From positions 15,667 through 79,666 of the forward strand of contig VSPE01000004.1 in NCBI GenBank assembly GCA_009775225.1: DNA of 64,000 nt. The letters run 5' to 3'. The notes beneath the pieces were generated by a model. It made no database searches. It saw nothing but the letters and a program-made list of their open reading frames with translations, and was not told the DNA's origin. A program made the translations under genes and the position numbers. This stretch comes from Muribaculaceae bacterium (lineage in GTDB: Bacteria > Bacteroidota > Bacteroidia > Bacteroidales > Muribaculaceae). Below are positions 61,741 through 64,000 of this stretch, one piece after another; position 1 is the first letter of the stretch, and the number at the start of each line of letters is the position of its first letter.

Positions 61741-64000
61741 GGGCGGCGATATTCTTACTTTTAATCGTACTGCTGGTTCCGCAATGTCCGGCAGCCGACA
61801 ACTATGTCACGCCTGTGCGCTCCGACATAATCCCTCCGGCGCCGACGGCAGCAACCGTTGTGGAGCAGCAGATGCCGCGACCGTCGCTGCTGACAGGGGC
61901 AGTTGACTTCGCATTGCCGCTTTATACCGTTGAGGTCGACGGCTTTTCTTTACCCATAAGCTTGCAATACCACACTAACGGTATTAAAGTATATGATGAC
62001 CCCGGTGTGCTTGGCTACGGATGGAGTCTGCTGCCGGCGCTTAGGGTAACACGTACCATAATGGGAAGGCCGGATGAGCTATCCGAGGATGTAACAAAAG
62101 ACCTTGCGTCGTTTACCACTCAGGATAGATGGAAGCTCGCTTTCCGATGTATGAGTGCATTAGTATCGAATAGAGCGGATTCCCAGCCGGATATTTTTTC
62201 GATAGCGCTGCCCGGTATAGTGCTGACGCGTGTGCTTGACCGAAGCAACGGAAACTTTGAGTTTGTTGGAGTCGGTGATGATGAATATCGCGTAGAGACA
62301 TCCGACGCGTTAGAGTCGATACGTGTTACCGATCCTCAAGGTCGTATTTTTATCTTCGGGGGCACTTCGATGCTGAAAGAACGATGCAACATGCATGGAT
62401 ACGAGCATGGCTGTGTATATTCGTGGTTGCTGTCAAAGATAGAGTTGCCTACACGTAGGGATATCGTATTTGAGTGGACTAATGTGTATCCGTCTTCTCG
62501 CGAGGTTAATGGCGGTGCAAGTCTGGTTGATTTATATGATAGAGTTACAGGGGAAGAGGAAGTCGGACAAAACGGGCTCGACTATACTTACTGGCGCAAT
62601 GTAGGGACTCCATTGCAGGCATTCAGCATATCAAAAATCAGGTTTCCGAACGGAACCGTAGACTTCTATTATCAACACAGTCCAAGCGTATTGGAGCGGA
62701 TGACTGTTTCCAACAGTACGCACCGGGTGATTAAAGATGTAAAGCTGAATAGCAAGTTGCTTTCCAACAACATCGGACGGTGGCTGACATCGGTTGACAT
62801 ATCGGGCGATGGCAAGTATTCGTTCTCCTACAATGATGTGCAATTCCGTCATACTAACGGTGTGGATTGGTGGGGATATTACAACGGCAAGGATAACTCC
62901 GTGCCAATTCCGAAAATTAAAATAAAAAGATATTCGGCTCCGAATACATTCAACATGACATATGCGACTATTGCCCCGAACTCCGACCGCAATGTCAGCG
63001 AAAAAGACATGAAGGCTAATATTCTTACCCGAATAACATATCCGGGCGGAGCTGTAGCCGAATTCGACTATGAGCCTCATACTTTTCCTGCAATGGGTTT
63101 TGACTCCGGCGGTGAGCTCCATGCAGAAACAAATCATAAGCTGTCGAGTGGGGGAGGTCTTCGCGTTGTAAGCGTAGTTATGAAAGACAAGCCCGGCGGT
63201 GTGGACATCAACCGAGTCTCTTATAGCTATGAAGACCCTGTGGTAAGGGCTGTTCCGGCTGAGGCCAGTTTCATAAGTATACGTTCGGGTCTGATGAAAA
63301 CCTCGGAGATTAATGGCCGATGGGCGTGCAGGGCTCGCCTGGTGGATATTTCACCGATATCGGACTATATGAGATACGACATCGGCGAAATTCCGATATG
63401 GTATAAAACCGTCACCGAACATTCCTCGGGCGGGAAAACCATATATAGACATTCCGACAGCAAAGCTCCTAAAAACGGCATCAGTACAACATTCGGACGC
63501 CGCATAATCGGTGAGCTTAACCGTGTGGCAAGCAAGGGGCCGCGGCTGGAGTCGTATGAAATATATCGTGACAACGGATTTTTGAATTTCGAGCTTGTGG
63601 AGTCGCATAAATATGAATACGAGTTGATAAAGTCCACCCGTCCTTTATTGGGCGTATTCATATACAGGGATTGTGTTCAGTTCGGTAAATATGCCGATAT
63701 GTTTTGCCCCGATTTTAAGAATGGGGATAAAATTGATGACCAATCCATACGACAGGACAACGATATCAGGGATTTTCCTTATTCATTATATCGCTATCGT
63801 ATCAATCTGTACACCGAGCGTCTCGTTCGCGAGACAGTGAAAAATGAAGAAAGGAATGTAACGATGACCACCCGCTATAAGTCGGATAGATGCGGTCTGC
63901 CGATTGAGAAAACCGAGTCGCATACTGCCGGCACACGGACTACCGTTATCTCTTATCCCGACAGTTCCGGCACCGAGATTGAACGGGAGATGATAAAGTC
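61737..64000 (+). CDS. giant Rhs/Tc-toxin-like secreted protein (SpvB/TcdB-N-terminal-type start); 5' part only, continues past the window
   Basis: Not in the ORF track (no stop). I translated the frame from the ATG at 61737-61739 by hand to 64000 and found no stop (>754 codons). Signal peptide MRAAIFLLLIVLLVPQCPAA. FALPLYTVEVDGFSLPISLQYHTNG...GVLGYGWSLLP resembles the SpvB-type motif, and a later DWWGYYNG is present. ATGA overlap with the upstream gene. Confidence 0.7.
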   Translation, partial: MRAAIFLLLIVLLVPQCPAADNYVTPVRSDIIPPAPTAATVVEQQMPRPSLLTGAVDFALPLYTVEVDGFSLPISLQYHTNGIKVYDDPGVLGYGWSLLPALRVTRTIMGRPDELSEDVTKDLASFTTQDRWKLAFRCMSALVSNRADSQPDIFSIALPGIVLTRVLDRSNGNFEFVGVGDDEYRVETSDALESIRVTDPQGRIFIFGGTSMLKERCNMHGYEHGCVYSWLLSKIELPTRRDIVFEWTNVYPSSREVNGGASLVDLYDRVTGEEEVGQNGLDYTYWRNVGTPLQAFSISKIRFPNGTVDFYYQHSPSVLERMTVSNSTHRVIKDVKLNSKLLSNNIGRWLTSVDISGDGKYSFSYNDVQFRHTNGVDWWGYYNGKDNSVPIPKIKIKRYSAPNTFNMTYATIAPNSDRNVSEKDMKANILTRITYPGGAVAEFDYEPHTFPAMGFDSGGELHAETNHKLSSGGGLRVVSVVMKDKPGGVDINRVSYSYEDPVVRAVPAEASFISIRSGLMKTSEINGRWACRARLVDISPISDYMRYDIGEIPIWYKTVTEHSSGGKTIYRHSDSKAPKNGISTTFGRRIIGELNRVASKGPRLESYEIYRDNGFLNFELVESHKYEYELIKSTRPLLGVFIYRDCVQFGKYADMFCPDFKNGDKIDDQSIRQDNDIRDFPYSLYRYRINLYTERLVRETVKNEERNVTMTTRYKSDRCGLPIEKTESHTAGTRTTVISYPDSSGTEIEREMIK

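Noticed and set aside
62631-63137. 168-aa minus-strand ORF (also 63351..63661)
   Set aside because: It is antisense to the long open Rhs-like frame. The plus-strand frame is open for more than 2.2 kb and has protein-like composition.
1-64000. Looked for CRISPR arrays, rRNA, IS/transposase, integrase/recombinase, toxin-antitoxin pairs, restriction-modification or other defence-type genes
   Set aside because: No regularly spaced repeats, no transposase- or integrase-like ORFs and no nuclease, helicase or methylase signatures were recognised. The only dispersed repeats are the three short palindromic copies reported above.

Overview
G+C-rich Bacteroidota-type chromosome segment. This is inferred from recurrent TAnnTTTG (-7) and TTTG (-33) promoter boxes, T9SS-type C-terminal sorting tails and gene content. 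All family calls come from motif recognition by eye; no homology search was possible.

Layout:
- 1-2.7 kb: purT (partial, missing from the ORF track), a TatD-like hydrolase and a polyprenyl synthase.
- 2.7-29.0 kb: one ~26-kb run of 25 minus-strand, largely translationally coupled genes that together form an aryl-polyene/flexirubin-like pigment-lipid cluster. It contains an MIO ammonia-lyase, a PaaK-like ligase, three catalytic KS plus two non-catalytic KS partners, two ACPs, FabG, hotdog dehydratases and a thioesterase. It also contains an O-methyltransferase, LpxL- and PlsC-type acyltransferases, a GT2, a LolA-like protein, an MMPL exporter and two CrtI-like flavoproteins.
- 29-40.5 kb: a hexapeptide acetyltransferase, an OM beta-barrel protein divergent from an OmpR-type two-component system, ogt, and a tripartite RND efflux pump.
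- 40.5-43.3 kb: tRNA-Gln followed by an AT-richer islet (PH-domain protein, TonB-C-like protein, Crp-family regulator).
- 43.3-59.4 kb: housekeeping and carbohydrate genes. These are an ECF-type sigma factor, a CvfB-like protein, rsmG, an MBL hydrolase, a TPR protein, lgt, an Ala/Gly:cation symporter, a T9SS-tagged GH13 amylase, a pullulanase, pgi, menC and menE.
- 59.5-64 kb: an LRR protein, then a T9SS-tagged unknown protein translationally coupled to the 5' part (>754 codons, also missing from the ORF track) of a giant Rhs/Tc-toxin-like ORF that runs off the window.

No CRISPR array, rRNA, IS element, integrase or obvious defence genes were seen. I cannot point to a demonstrably new system.

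The best leads are:
- the domain architecture of the pigment cluster, where a PlsC+extension module is duplicated and fused once to MMPL and once to GT2, with a TAL starter enzyme but no DarA/DarB;
- a ~35-bp palindromic repeat family with three copies, one of which supplies the start codon of the acetyltransferase;
- four helically phased direct repeats between the OM-barrel gene and the two-component system;
- the T9SS-CTD/Rhs-like locus at the right edge.
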